Shown: in pieces, positions 38,960 through 53,570 of the stretch
Position numbering within the stretch: position 1 is the stretch's first letter
Layout: every line of letters begins with the position of its first letter
Assembly: GCF_006345805.1 (NCBI RefSeq)
Contig: NC_043021.1
Coordinates: forward strand, 25,110,001 to 25,174,000
Length of the DNA: 64,000 nt
Direction of reading: 5' to 3'
Source of the DNA: Octopus sinensis
Lineage: Eukaryota
Made by a program: the position numbers and the translations under genes
The notes under the pieces: generated by a model
What the model was told of the DNA's origin: nothing
Databases searched by the model: none
What the model saw: only the letters and a program-made list of their open reading frames with translations

Positions 38960-40286
38960 ATGTATGTACATGAATATATGTTTATATGTATGCATTTATA
39001 CACACACACACACACAAATCTATGTATTGACATGTATGTGAGAAGACACGTGTATATATATGCATGTATGTATGTTTGTTTACATATAGGTGTGTGTGTG
39101 GGTGTATATATGTGGTTGTGTGTGTGTGTATGTCTATTGTACATACATCTATGCTGAGAATTCCAGATATACACTCAACATACATAAACACACCAGCCAT
39201 ATTCTTTAGTGTAGACTCACTGGTTGGACATAGAAACAGGAAATGCACACACACACACACACATTTCAACAATGTATGAGTGTTTAATTGCTAATTGGTT
39301 GAAGTTAATCTTAGCTCTACAGCCACTGTGCTCACCCACACCAACACTACCGCCAACAACAACAGCAACACCACCACCACCACCACCACTGCTCCTCTCT
39401 ACCTTGGACCTAGTGTATCATAAACTAGAGTTGACACCTGGTTTCTTTAAGCCTCAATGTTTCTGTATAAGCACTGTGTGTGTGTTTGTGTTTAAGTGTT
39501 GTTTGCATGTGAGGTGTGGGTGCTCATTCTGGGCCTATCATCAACTCCTCTACCTCTGGTTGCTGTTCTATGCTGCTACTGTGATATTTTACCTCCCTGC
39601 TCAAGTGCACTGGTTTTCTGGCTGCCCAATGTTTTTGGTGAACCCTAAAAGAGAGAGCAGATATTTATTATTCAACAGGAACCTGCCAAAATAATGGCCC
39701 TTTCACTAACATGTCTGTGTCTCCTTCAAAATAAACGTCTGTTTGATTCCTTTAGGATATTCAGCTGCATATATATACACACATAATGTTCATTCATTCA
39801 TCTCACTAGACACATAATTACATACATACATGCATATAAGCACATTAATTGCAATGCAGGTGCACATATAATCACATTGCATATGAACACTTTAGATGCA
39901 ATTATAAGTATATTTATACACACAGGTGTCTACGCTTGAGTACCTACCACTGTATGCATGTGTACTTATAAGCATAGATATATACAGACATATATACACA
40001 CATGTTACGCTCTTCAACAGGTTTAAGTCAACGGACTGTGGCCATGATGGATCACCACCAAGACTTCACTGCTGCTGCTTTTATTGATCCACATTTATTG
40101 ACTTGCTAAGTGATGGTTTTTTAACACAACACTGGTTCTACACCATTAAACATTAAACACACACATGGACATAACATACACATATATACACATGTGTACA
40201 TATAAGAATATTATAGCCTTTCTGTGCAGTTTCAGTCTAACAAATTCCACTTTTGAGGTGTCATAAACACTCAAATGCCGCATAAA

Positions 40287-40334
<48 letters not shown>

Positions 40335-40366
40335 ACACCACACACACACACACAACACACACACAC

Positions 40367-40418
<52 letters not shown>

Positions 40419-40859
40419 CATGCATGCACATATATACGTTATGTACAAATATATATTCTTTTACTTGTTTTAGTCAGACTGCGGCCATGGTGGAGCACCA
40501 CCTCAAGGTTTTAGTTGAGCAGATTGACACTACGACTTATTCTTTGTAGGCCTAATATTTATTCTGTCATTCTCTTTTGACAAACTGCTAGGTTACAGGG
40601 ACATAGCACACCTACATTGCTTGTCAAGTGATGATGCTAATGACAAACACAGATACAAACTCACACACATATATACATACAATGGGCTTCTTTCAGTTTC
40701 CATCTACCAAATCCACTCACATGGCTTTGGGTGGCCCACAACTATCGTAGAAGACACTTGCTTAAGGTGCCACACAGTGAGACTGAACCCAGAACCATGT
40801 GGCTGGAAAGCAAGCTTCTTACCACACAGCCTCACTTGTGCATTAATATATATATATAT

Positions 40860-40871
40860 ATAAAGATATAT

Positions 40872-40930
<59 letters not shown>

Positions 40931-40959
40931 CGTGTATATATATATATATAAAGATATAT

Positions 40960-41005
<46 letters not shown>

Positions 41006-41240
41006 TATACATATATATATACACATATATATACTATATATATATATATATTATATATATATATAAATATATACATATATATATACACATATATACTATA
41101 TATATATATATACTATATATATACTATATATATACACATATATACTATATATATACATATATATACACATACATATATATATACATATACATACATCTAT
41201 ATACATATATATACACATATACATATATATATATATATCT
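40860..41240. repeat. Compound (TA)n microsatellite with duplicated subunits
   Basis: Visible repeat. Confidence 0.95.
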
Positions 41241-41328
41241 GCAATTTATACAACCTATTTACCTCTCTACACTTGGATGCATTCTCCCTCCCCCCCTTTC
41301 TGTCTCCTTTTCCTTTCTCCCTCTCTCC

Positions 41329-41363
<35 letters not shown>

Positions 41364-43731
41364 CACACATACGTATTTTTATTATTGCTATCAAATTAAG
41401 CTGCTTATATTATCTCTAAATACACTGATATCACAAAGAAGTCTGGTGGTGGTGGTGGAGGGGGGGGGCGAAACAGTTTCAAAGTAATCAGAAGAATGTT
41501 GAAGCTTCACAGCAAGGAATCTGGTTGACAGCTTTAAAAATACAAATCCATACAATTCTATTTCAGCTTATACCCTAAATACACGCACACACATTAACTA
41601 CATACACACATATACATTTAATATATACACACATATACATTTAATATATACACACATATACATTTATTACCTACGCTTATACAATATATACATATACCTT
41701 AAAAACATACATAGATTGTATACCTACACATAAGCCTAAAATTTATACAAGAAGTATTTCAACATCTATTACATACATTCTACAGTCACATAAACTGCTT
41801 AATACAGCAATTTCTCGAGTTTCCACCATTTCTTGTAACATGGAAGTCTCCCAGAGCATTAACATGTGATAAATTCTTCAGCGGTGATGATGGTGGGAAT
41901 ATTGTTTCCCCTTTGTGCTTCCATACCATCCAATGCTCACTGTCTGTACACAAGAAATTAAGGCCTTAAGGAATAACCAGTGAAATCTTCATAATGTAAG
42001 TAGGATATTTCTTGTGAGTTTTCTTTTCTTCATAAACATTTACGCATTTCTTGTTTATATCTGTCGATGCAACAGTATGATCTATATAGTCTCTTTGTAT
42101 ATACGAGTAAGCACATAAATGCAAAACAAGGTGGGGGAAACTGGTACTCAAAGGCTGAGGGTGGGGTAATATACTTAAACAAAAATTGTCATAAACTGTG
42201 TGTTGTGTTCTTGAGCAAGACACTTTATTTCACATTGTTCCAGTTCACTCAACTGTAGAAATGAGTTGTGATGTCACAGGTGCCAAGCTGTATTGGCCCC
42301 TTTGCCTTGGATAACATCAGTGGCATGGAGAGGAGAGGCTGGTATGCATGTCCACAAACAACCTTGCCTGAACTTTCTAGATGCAATCCCATGGTCATTC
42401 ATGACTAAAGGGATCTATATATCTATATACATATATACACACACATAACAGACCCACTCATACACATACATGTATATTCTTCCAGCTTGATGGATCCTGT
42501 CAAACCATCCAACCCATATTAGCATTGAAGACAGACTTTAAATGATGATCATGTCCCCTCTCTCCCCTCCCCCTTCTCTATGTATACGAATTGCATTGGA
42601 TTGCTCAACTTCAGTCCACTGCAGGATGAAGGCCTCTGCATGTTCTCTCCACCAACCGCAGGTCCAATGTAGAGGCTATGAATCTGAGCTTGAGATCATA
42701 CTGGTTTGGCATGGCTTGGCAGAGGGATGCAATTTTTATACTTGTACCCAGAAGTAGTTAAGTCAATTACATCAACCCCAGTATTCAACTGGTACTTATT
42801 TTATTTATCCCAAAAGGATGAACAACAAAGTCAACCTTGGTGGAATTTGAACTCAGAACATAAAGATGGCCAAAATACTGCTAAGCATTTCACCTCTGTG
42901 TGTATATGGAATATGGCCAGTATAGATCTGGAAAGATCACAGTTCAAATGAGAACTCCTGACACAATTATGTAAAGTGTATAGTTTGGCATAAGAGGAAT
43001 TATATGCAGTGTGCTTGAGAGGATAATTCTCTGGTTTGGTCATGTGTTTTGAATTGATGAAGACAGTTGCATAAACAAGTGCTGATCACTTAAAGTGGAA
43101 AGAAATAATGGCAGAGGCAGAGTCGGGAAGACATGGATGAAGTCCTGGAGCTGATCTCAAAATGCTGAGCCTTTCAAAGGAGATGGCAGAGGACGGAGAT
43201 ATGTGGTGCATTGCTGTATTCAAGAAGATCCACTCACCACAGCAGAATTGATCTCCTAAAACCAAAGTGCCTCATGAAATTCATTGGGGTTAGTGCTGCA
43301 TAAAAAGCATTCGGTAGACTCTCCCTCACTCCCCCCACCCCGCAGTTCATTCTTTCTAAGCCATCTCTTGATCTTCTCGTGCTTCATTTTCTCTCTTTCA
43401 AACTCTGAACTCTGCACTCTGCACTCTCTTCCTCCATCCATTTCAGTCTTGTGCCTCCCTCTCCCAATCAGCAACTGAAACTCCTGTCTGTGCCAGAACA
43501 ATTCTGAGCCAGTCCTCGGACCTCATTTGTCGGTTTATCTCCTGGCCTCCTACTGCCTCACCATACAAATGTTTCTCAGGAAGTCTTTCATCTTTCATTC
43601 TCACCAGATGTCCTCCCTACCCCAAACGACTTTGCAGAACCATTAATTCTATACTTCTGCTGCCTCTTCTCTCAAGTACCTCCACATCACTGATTGCCAT
43701 TTCCCAATTTATCCCAAGAAATATATATATA

Positions 43732-43807
43732 TACAAGATAAGGGCAGAAGAAAAATTCTAATGCCAGATACACCGAAACAAAATTTTTCTTCTGCCCTTA
43801 TCTTGTA
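43732..43807. repeat. Perfect 26-bp inverted repeat, 24-nt loop
   Basis: TACAAGATAAGGGCAGAAGAAAAATT / AATTTTTCTTCTGCCCTTATCTTGTA. Confidence 0.9.
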
Positions 43808-43895
43808 AATTATGTATAAATTTTACCTTTAAAGGCATTTTTTGATATGCTGGCCATTGATAAAAAATTTTCCCGAAAAATGTTTATCCTATATG

Positions 43896-43944
<49 letters not shown>

Positions 43945-45278
43945 ATATATACACACACACATTTGCATGAATTTGTAATACTTTTCTTCAACCCCTTTTA
44001 ATCCTTGACATCATATCCATTCCATGTAAGTCAGACCTTTTTGTATGTAAGCATGTATACACTTTTTGCATTTCATGTATCTGGTATACTTTGTATATTG
44101 ACCTGCCTAACTTGCTTATCCTTACATTTACTTCTCTATACATACATGTAACATTTCACACTAATATCCATCTACCAAATTCCATTCATATGACTATGGT
44201 ACTCTGATAGAAAAACACTTACCCAGTGTATTGCTGTGCTGTGCAATGGAACTGAACTCATAAATCACATAGGTGTGAGGCAGATTTGTTACCCATTCAG
44301 CCATGTCTGCTGTATTTTTCACAGTCATATACTGGGACCAAGGCAGACATAGACACATACCATACATATATGTGTTAGAGTAGAATATTAGCCAGATCTG
44401 TTAAGCAAGTTTGATCCTTTCTCTGCCTTTTCAATGATCAAAGTAATAAGGGGACAACATTCCATATTCAAACTTGGTAGCATGTCACCAACAGGTTTAA
44501 ATGGACATTTTTCCTTTCAACTCCCCTCTCACTTCACCTCACTCTCAACTCCTACCACTCCTCATTCCATTCCTCTTTCTTTCAACCTCTCCCACCTTGT
44601 TTCTCTCTCCTACCACTTCCTGCTCACCTATGAAACTCACATGGTCCTGTGGTCCTTATCAGTTGCAGCCAGTTTTTTTTAACTTAAAGGGTGTAAAGCT
44701 CTGCTGTCTCCTCCCTATTTCTCCCCTGTCTACTTTTCTGTGAAGATGGACTCTGTCTGAAACACTGGATTTTCCACTCCCCACGGCAAGTGCATTGTAC
44801 ACTCTTTTTTTTTTTTTTTTTTAATCAATTTACACATACAAGGTGATCAATGACAAAATAAATTTGGCTGATGGTAAATTTACTGATTTTTAAAAAATAT
44901 GTTAAACTGTTAAATGCAGATAAACTTGGGTGTCAAGAACTAAGCAAGAGACTCTACACATCTACACACATGCATGTATTTACATACATGGCATCAACCA
45001 AGGCAGTGGCATAGGTGTAGGAAACTTATCCTTGTCTGTAATGAATGCTGTCACATAAAAAGAACAATTGACATTATTACTGGCAGTTTTCTTCTGATAA
45101 GCACAAAGAAATATCTGTTTACTAGAGACCATAACCGTATTTAAATGAGAAATTTAATCTGCTAATAATGAGTATATATATTAACCTGGCAAGACAAAGA
45201 AAAACCCTGGAATTAACTTTTTTTTTTTTTTCCTGTACAGGGTGGTAGCATTAAGCAGTGATGTGTATAAATACAACC

Positions 45279-45415
45279 TTGTTACCAGTTTGAATATGCC
45301 TGAGGCAGATTTGAACCCATAAGGAAGCCATTCAGTAAGAACCTGTGCAAATATACAGTAAATGCTTTTTCTTCTGGGTTCGAATATGCCTTCAACATAT
45401 TTGAATTGGTAACAA
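45279..45415. repeat. Imperfect ~40-bp inverted repeat, MITE-like, arms ending in B-box-like GGGTTCGAAT
   Basis: TTGTTACCAGTTTGAATATG...GAACCC / GGGTTCGAAT...AATTGGTAACAA. Confidence 0.6.
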
Positions 45416-45848
45416 GTTTGTATTTATTTACATTTTTCTGGTTGTGGAATTATGGGAAGAACCTTGCAGTGGACTTTTGAGTTGAATCATAATTTGTATC
45501 ACTGAACCGAGAAAGACCAGTGATATCCATTGATTAGTTGTGCAAAGTGTACGAGGACGGAAGCCATTCCAATAACAACTATTTCAGTGACAAAAAAAAA
45601 ACCTATAGCAACAAACTAAAGTCATTGAGAAGAAAAAGGGGGGAAAAAAAGGGCCTGCTTAACAAGCAAGTAACATAAATATACAATAAATGAGAGTAGT
45701 AAGAGCCCACTTGATTTTTATGAAATCCTGGATCATGTCTAATAGAATAGCAAAAAGGAAATGAAACATTGAATAAGATGAGATAGTCATGGTTTGAATA
45801 CCTTTCATTGGAACTCTACTTAATGAGGGCTGATTGGAGGCTAAGCAA

Positions 45849-46280
45849 TCTCTCTATATATAAACGGCAGTTTGTCTGTCTGTGTGTCTGTTAGGTTGTA
45901 CCCTCACCCTGACCACGGCTTTCAACCGATTCTGATGAAACTTGACACACACATAGCCCAATGTCATAATTCAAAACTAACGGAGCGAAAATTTTGAAAA
46001 GTTCCCCCAGTTCTGAAAAAAATCGATAAATTCGACATGGGGTCGAGAATCTAAGCTTTTTATATGCAACACATTTTCTGTCTAGGGGACACAACTCGAC
46101 CTTTTTATCGCCCAAAGGGACAGCTAGCAACATCGTATACACAGAAGTATTCGAGTGAAGAGAAGACATTGCAACCCACACATGTGCCTTCGTTCCCTAG
46201 AGGGAAAGGACTAGATTGGGATTAGTCGTTGCCTACTAGGGGCTCTTACATACCCGGGCAACGCCGAGCTATGCTGCTAG
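45849..46280 (+). mobile_element. Non-autonomous Helitron
   Basis: A|TC start, subterminal CCCGGGCAACGCCGAG hairpin, CTAG|T end, no TSD. Confidence 0.85.
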
Positions 46281-48848
46281 TAACAATATAAAACAAAATG
46301 ATTACAAATCAAGTTGGTATCAAACCTAACTCCATCTATCCATCCTAGGAGGGTCATAGGTGGATAGAGTCCTCAGACACCTCCTTCATTGGGTCCCATC
46401 ACAAGCAACCATCATTAGACTTTCAGGTTGGATTCCCAAGCATAACCAACTGAGACTACGGATATTACTCAACTATATCACTCTTAGTCCACCCCTGGGT
46501 CTCTTGCTGGTTGGCTCAGCTTGAAGGATGCGTCTTGTGATTCTTTCCCATGACATTTCAATTCCGTGTCTGTTGTATCAGAACTGTGACCTCTCAATTT
46601 GGAGAAGTACCAACTCAACCTGGAGAGGCTCCATAATCTCTGAGTTTCGCACTCTGTTGAGTAACGTTACTCCAAGGATCCTATAAATTCTGTGTTATTA
46701 ATTTTCAGCCATGTTGCTAAACCATTCCTTGATACAAATGGAATCTCCTCTTATATAGACAGTGAACGGGTTACTATTAGATCCTGCTGAGATTATCCTA
46801 CAACAGATGTGGGGGAGGGGGACTGAGATCAACCTAAATGATCCTAAGGATAAGAAGATTACACAGTTAAAGAACATTGGTATACCAGTCCCATTCTAGG
46901 GGAGGCCAGTTGAAAGAATTAGTAGAGTGCCAGGCAAGATTCCTTGTGCTGTCTGTTCAAACTCTGATGTGCTATGACAGAAATTCCTGCAACAACATCA
47001 TCATCATCATCATTGTTTTAACGACCACTTTCCCATGCTTGTATGGATCAGACAAAATTTTTTATGGCAGATTTTTTTCTACACCTGTAATGGAGGCACA
47101 TGGATTAGTGGTTAGGGTGTCAGACTCATGATTATAAGATTGGGGTTTCGATTCCTGAACCAGGTGATACATTGTGTTCTTGAGCAAAACACTTCATTTC
47201 ATGTTGCTCCAATCCTTTCAACTGGCAAAAATGAGTTAATCCTGCAATTGACCTGCATCCCATTCATGGAGGGCATATGTGCACCTTGGAAACCAGGAAA
47301 CCAATCTTAAGAATTTGTGTGACTTGTGAAGGAGTTTTAACCTTTTATCTTTATGCTGTGTGTCCTTCAAGTTGCCAACCCTCTCTTTGCTTCTTTGGTA
47401 TTATTTCCTTGTGATGGACATTTTGGAGATTGGGAACAAAGAACACTGCTTGTATAACAGTGACACTTGTTTTAAAATTATTGCACAACGTCAAGACAAA
47501 GACACACACACACACACACACACACACGCATATATGATGAGCTTCTTTCAGTTTCTATCTACTAAATCCACTCACGGTTTTGGTTGACCTGGGGCTATAA
47601 CAGAAGATGCTCAAGATGCCATGCAGTAGGATTGAACTCAAAGCTATGTAGTTGGGAAGCAGACTACTTAACCACACATCCTTGTACGAAATAAGACTTA
47701 TGATGCAATGGAGTCTATTAAATGCAACTATAACTTAGCAGTTCAACAAAAAGATTGTTAAAATAACAGGCTGCAATAAGTACTGAGTTCTGTTTTGGTT
47801 AAACCCTTAAAGGTAGTGTCCCAGTATGGCCACAGTCTAATGTCTGAAATTAGTTAAAGACTAAAAGAATATACTCCCATTGATGTGTCCACAAATGGTG
47901 GAAACAGTCTCCACCCAAGCTGGCAGAGGAGCCTTGAAGCAGTTGGTCAACCTGTTAGAAATAGCAGCCAAATCTCCCTGCAGTTATAGCATCTTAAAAA
48001 TAGGTTGACAATGAACAATGATGTCCCTAAATGTAAAATTGATTGACAGATGATCATACTTTTTTTTCTTATTATCATAGCCTGTTTGATCATGACTGAC
48101 TTAGGGTTAAATATCAATCTTCAATGAAATATGAAAGCATTGTCTCTCCATTAGTGACCAATTTACTTTCTTTTGAAAAGAGCCTAAAATTCAAAAGCAT
48201 TCCAAGGGGAATTGATGAGAAAGAACTTCTCACTGGACATTCAATCTGCTAAAATAGTTGCCAAATCATTAAAATATTCTGGACATTAGATAGTATAGTC
48301 CTAGATAAACTGTGCTTGAAAAACAAAAAGGAAAACATCCTAAATGTGACCATCCCATTTATCTTTGATCCTAAGTCTGCTCAATCAGGTTTAACCCTTT
48401 TCACCTGTCCACCCAAGATTGCTGACATAGTGAGGAGGACCTGGAAACTGAAATTCTTCTGTTACAACCTTCCATGGTAAACAAGGAAGAGGTCAACCAG
48501 CAAAACAAAAATTACATCAGTCAATTTCTATATGACGCTGGATGCACATTCCAAGAACTTTAAAATGCCATGGATGACAGGGTGGAATGGCAGACATGTG
48601 TAAGGAATGCTGAGAAATTCTCAAACCACTACATTAAAATTTCCTGTCAATGTTTTGTTCCTAACACCAGCTTGATAATGACAGTTCACTAAATTCTTCA
48701 TTATTTTCAAAATAAGTTGAAATGTAGGCAGTGTATTTCAACTAAAATATGGTAATTTGGTTCTATGGCACAAACTTTCTGTTTTAAAGTGAACTAAATT
48801 AGAATTTCCCATTAAAATTTTATATTAGTTTATGTTCTAAACATCATC

Positions 48849-49079
48849 TTAACCCTTTTGATACCAACCTGTCTGAGGATGTTCTTGGTTTTATGAGACA
48901 AACGTCTTGGTTTAAGATTAACTAAATTAAAACATTCCATTAAAATTATATGTTAATTTTGTACCAAAGCCCAGCTTATTATTGACAAAATTATTTCATT
49001 GAATTTTTCCTTGATTTAAAATCTGATTGAAGCAAACGGCAGTGCATTTTGACAGGAATATGGTAACGAAAGGCATTAA
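48849..49079. mobile_element. piggyBac-like MITE (related sequence at ~48630-48850 and inverted at ~55186-55420)
   Basis: TTAA-CCCTTT start and AAAGG..TTAA end. Confidence 0.5.
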
Positions 49080-50577
49080 TCATTAACGAGCACTCCAAGC
49101 ACCAAAGAATTTCTGCTAAATCAAGTCTCGAAGCCAAATCTTCTGATTGCCAGTCGTTGCTATTTTATTTCCTTGGGAAAGACAGGAACGTCTCAACATC
49201 TTTGCAGCTCTCCCTAGAGCCAATAAGGTTGACCACTCTAGCATCAAGTCAAGCAATTAACAATTTAATCCATAAAAAAATCAGATATGAATGGATGGTG
49301 GGGCAGGGGGGGGAGGTTAATGATGTGGCTAAAAACAAAGGTGTTTTATTTTATTTTCATTTGGATTGAGTCAGAGCAAAAGGTGTTCCAGCTCATTGCA
49401 TTCTGAGTTCAAATCTTCACACAGTCAGTACTCTGCTTCCAGGACTAATAAAGTAAGACATTATTGCCTCCCCCCAACCTTCTCTCTCTCTCTTTCTCTC
49501 ACTCACAATTGGTTGAACTCTTCCTGATTGTTGCTGTTCAAATAAAAAGACACCTGTCCAGTCTCAAATCCAGGTGAAAGAAGAAGGCCCAACTGAGGGC
49601 TACATCCACTTCTCATAAAAGCTAGCTTGCTGACAGGGACCACCCAAAGAACTCAAAGGAAACCTTTGCAGACAAGGTAGGCATGGATGGATTAATATGC
49701 AATGCAGTATAGGACAGACAGGAAACTAAGGAGTTTCCTTCCCAATTACATGGTTTTGGGTTCAGTTCTAGTGCATAACAACTTGGGAAAGTATCTTATA
49801 ACCCCAGAGCCAGTGAATGGATTTGGTATATAGAAACTGAAAGAAGCCTGTTGTATATTTATATGTATCTGTGTCCTTGTCTTGACATCACATGATGGTT
49901 GTAAAGGAGTGTCACCATCATACAAGTGGTGCCAGTCGCTTTCAGTCTTTCATGAAAACCTGTCTAGCCATAGAGAAATATTATCTTACTTGGAAACAAG
50001 TGAGGGTTGGCAACAGGAACGGCATCTGTCTGTAGAAGATCTACCTGAATGATTTTGCCTTTGCAAACATAGTAAAGTAGACATTAAAATGATGATGATG
50101 AGAGCCACTAGGGTATAAGGGTACCATCCAACTATTTGTGGTTTCCATGTTTTATCATCTCGATTGTACTGTGCCCTTGGGTCAAAGACATTTAACTCAA
50201 TAGCTCAACCCATTCCAGTGTAAATAGACACCATGCAGAGGCATAATTAGTGTGGCACTGTATCATTAATGTGTTTGTCATTTCACAATATCTTCCATTG
50301 TTCTTATCCCGAGGCATGAAGTTAGCAGAATTAGAGGAAAATTGCTTTGCAATATTTGTTCCAACTCTTTACATCTCAAGTTCAAATCTTGCTGAGGTTA
50401 ATTTTGTCTTTCATCTTTTTGGGGTTGATAAAATAAAGTTCCAGATGGGAGTGCTTCAGTTGATGGTGTCTATTGATGCCTTGCCCTCAAAAATGCAGGC
50501 CTTCTGCCTAAATTTTTCATCTGAAATTATAATAAAATTCATGAAATTATAAAGCTTTTGTTATTTCATCAATCCAG

Positions 50578-50658
50578 GGTCAGTAACCAAGGGCAAACCC
50601 CACCACCACAGATAAAGTCTACAGATGATGAGGGAGACAAAATCACTGTTGTACTGAG
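50578..50658 (+). CDS. KIF12: KIF12-like kinesin, internal coding exon (VSNQGQTPPPQIKSTDDEGDKITVVLR)
   Basis: TCAATCCAG acceptor; AG|GTGAGA donor in phase 2 joins the next exon to give the motor-start motif ITVVLRVRP. Confidence 0.8.
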
Positions 50659-51187
50659 GTGAGAATTTTATTATTCTGTTCCCTTGTAACTTTTGACTCC
50701 CATTTCTCATCTTTTAATGCATAGAATAAACCTGAACAGGACACGGTACAATCCGCTTGACCTCACCAATTTGCTCTCTGTATTGTTTGCTGTATTTACG
50801 AGCATCTAAGTTGAATTTTTCAGACTAAAATTCACAGCCAAAAAAAAAAAGGTTGATTGACTTATAGACCAGAATGACTTTGAAGGACCAAAATTTCCAT
50901 GTAAAATGCTGCAGAATTTGGAAAGATGGAAATGATTTTTGAATGTTTACCTTATATACTATGTCATCTTGTATGCCGGAACATACGGTAGTTTGTAAAT
51001 AAATATACAAATTGACTCTTAAATGAAGATAATAGTAAAGTGGTAGCAAAGCAAGACATTTTTATTAAAATTCAACTGTTAACAATGAGAGGAAATCATA
51101 AAAACTGTTATTTAAATTATTCTGATCAAAAACAGCAAGGGAGATGGTCTTGAAATTTTACTTAACATCAATTATTAAATATAAAAT

Positions 51188-51585
51188 ACAGTGGCTGTGT
51201 GGTAAGTAGCTTACTTACGAACCACATGGTTCTGGGTTCAGTCCCACTGTGTGGCACCTTGGGCAGGTGTCTTCTACTATAGCCTCGGGCTGACCAAAGC
51301 CTTGTGAGTGGATTTGGTAGGCGGAAACTGAAAGAAGCCCGTCGTATATATGTATGTGTGTGTATATGTTTGTGTGTCTGTGTTTGTCCCCCCCCCCCAA
51401 CATCGCTTGACAACCGATGCTGGTGTGTTTACGTCCCCGTAACTTAGCGGATCGGCAAAAGAGACTGATAAATTAAGTACTAGGCATACAAAGAATAAGT
51501 CCTGGGGCCGATTTGCTTGGCTAAAGGCGGTGCTCCAGCATGGCCGCAGTCAAATGACTGAAACAAGTAAAAGAGTAAAGAGTAA
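51188..51585 (+). mobile_element. tRNA-derived SINE (family of 26298), young copy
   Basis: Near-identical to 26298-26755 and 53207-53570. Confidence 0.85.
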
Positions 51586-53206
51586 ATTCACTTATATATA
51601 GAATTTATATAGAGTGAGACTGGTTGTTACCAGTTTGGGACAAATTCGTACATGCTTCAGTCTAATTAAATCTCATCAGTTAAGTAGATCCTAACAATAA
51701 CTGGCAAAAGTGATATAGGGCTTTTTCATGAATAAACACTTAAAAGAGTGACCGGAGAATAAAAGCTCCATGGAGACCAGCTGTAGGGAAACTTAGTAAA
51801 ATAAACGAGTCACTTGAATGGAGTTGGTTTGCCTGAATATGAAGAGAGCCTGTCTGCAACGTTGATTTCCATTATACACAGGACACCAACATATGCCTCC
51901 TTTTGTTTATGTAGATAGGAACTAAAGGAAGGCTGTGTGGTTAAGAAGCTTGCTTCCCAGTCAGATGGTTCTGTGTCCAGGCTCACTTGTAACACCTTAG
52001 GTCTATAGGCTTTGATTATAGACCAATCCGGGGGTGGGGGGTGACTGAAACCTTGTGAATGGATTTGGTAAATAGAAACTGAAAGTGGCCAGTTGTGTGT
52101 GTGTGTGAGAGGGTGGGTTGGAGTTTCCTTGTCTTGACCTTGTATGACAGTTGTAGAGGCTGTGTCCATTGTTTCCAATCCCAGTGACCATGGGCAAATA
52201 TTACCTCACTTGGAAACAGGTGAAGTATGGCATCCAGATAGAGAAAACCTGCCTCATCTGACCTGCATGAACATGGAAAAGTGGATGCGATGACAATGCT
52301 GGTGATATATAATGTGTGTGCAAATGGTGATGTCACATGACTTCAGTTGGGCAAGACAGTGCATTATGTTGACATTACAATCAGTTTCTCTGCTTTCAAA
52401 GACCTGTGGGATAAAACAAAATTCATTATTTTAAGAGCATAGGGTCATAAAATCTTGGTTTAAGTATGTCCCTGTCTAACCCATGCTAGCATGGAAAAAT
52501 GGATGTTAAAATGAACAAATGACTGAACTAAAAGAAAACAATTGTTGTTTATGCTGTTGTATCCCTTTATGTCCTATAACTTTGCAGATTGACAAATAGA
52601 GATTGATAGAATTAGCAGCAGATTGAAATAAGTATTAGGTTTGATATAATTAACTAAACTCTTGAAAGCAATGCCCCAGCATGGCCACACTCTAATGATT
52701 AAAACTAGTGAAAGAATAAAAAATAATCAAACAGGGTGTTGTAATCAATTGAATCACCTTTTAGTATTTGTTTTATTAACCCCAGAAAAATAAAATAAAA
52801 TAAAAAGCTAAGTTGGCCACACTGAGATTTGAACTCCAGAAGACAGCATATGACATTGTGTTTGATACTCTACTTTTTTTATTTCATCTCATTGTACTAG
52901 AAAAGAAACATTCGAATAAGTGGGAACAGTGAGTTATATTTTTATTCTCAGGATATATTTTTAGTCTTGGCCTAGTTTTCATGTTGAAACGATGGCAGTA
53001 GCCCTAGGCCTTTTCTTGACAATGATCTTCAAAAAGCTTCATCTTAGCTTCAAGAAACCAGTGTTTTGGCTGAGATTTCAAGACTTTTCAGCTTTTTTTT
53101 TTTTTTTTATGTCATTTTATGCCACCCTTTGACGAGTGCAATTTGTTTTCTAAAACATATAATAAGTTATTTTAAGATTTAAGTATAAGTTAAAGAATAG
53201 GAGCAA

Positions 53207-53570
53207 GAGAGGCTGTGTGGTAAGTAGCTTGCTTACAAACCACATGGTTCTGGGTTCAGTCCCACTGCGTGGCACCTTGGGCAAGTGTCTTCTACTATAG
53301 CTTCGGGCCGACCAAAGCCTTGTGAGTGGATTTGGTAGACAGAAACTGAAAGAAGCCTGTCGTATGTGTGTGTGTGTTTGTCCCCCCAACATCGTTTGAC
53401 AACCGATGCTGGTGTGTCTACGTTCCCATAACTTAGCGGTTCGGCAAAAGAGGACCAATAGAATAAATACTAGGCTTACAAAGAATAAGTCCTGGTGGTT
53501 GATTTTCTCGACTAAAGGCGGTGCTCCAGCATGGCCACAGTCAAATGACTGAAACAAGTAAAAGAGAAAA
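53207..53570 (+). mobile_element. tRNA-derived SINE (family of 26298)
   Basis: Near-identical to 51188-51585. Confidence 0.85.

Noticed and set aside
45480-45680. Open stretch CKVYEDGSHSNNNYFSDKKK...KQ ending near a GTAACA donor as a KIF12 exon
   Set aside because: In-frame stop just upstream with no good acceptor, and its phase does not match exon 50578.
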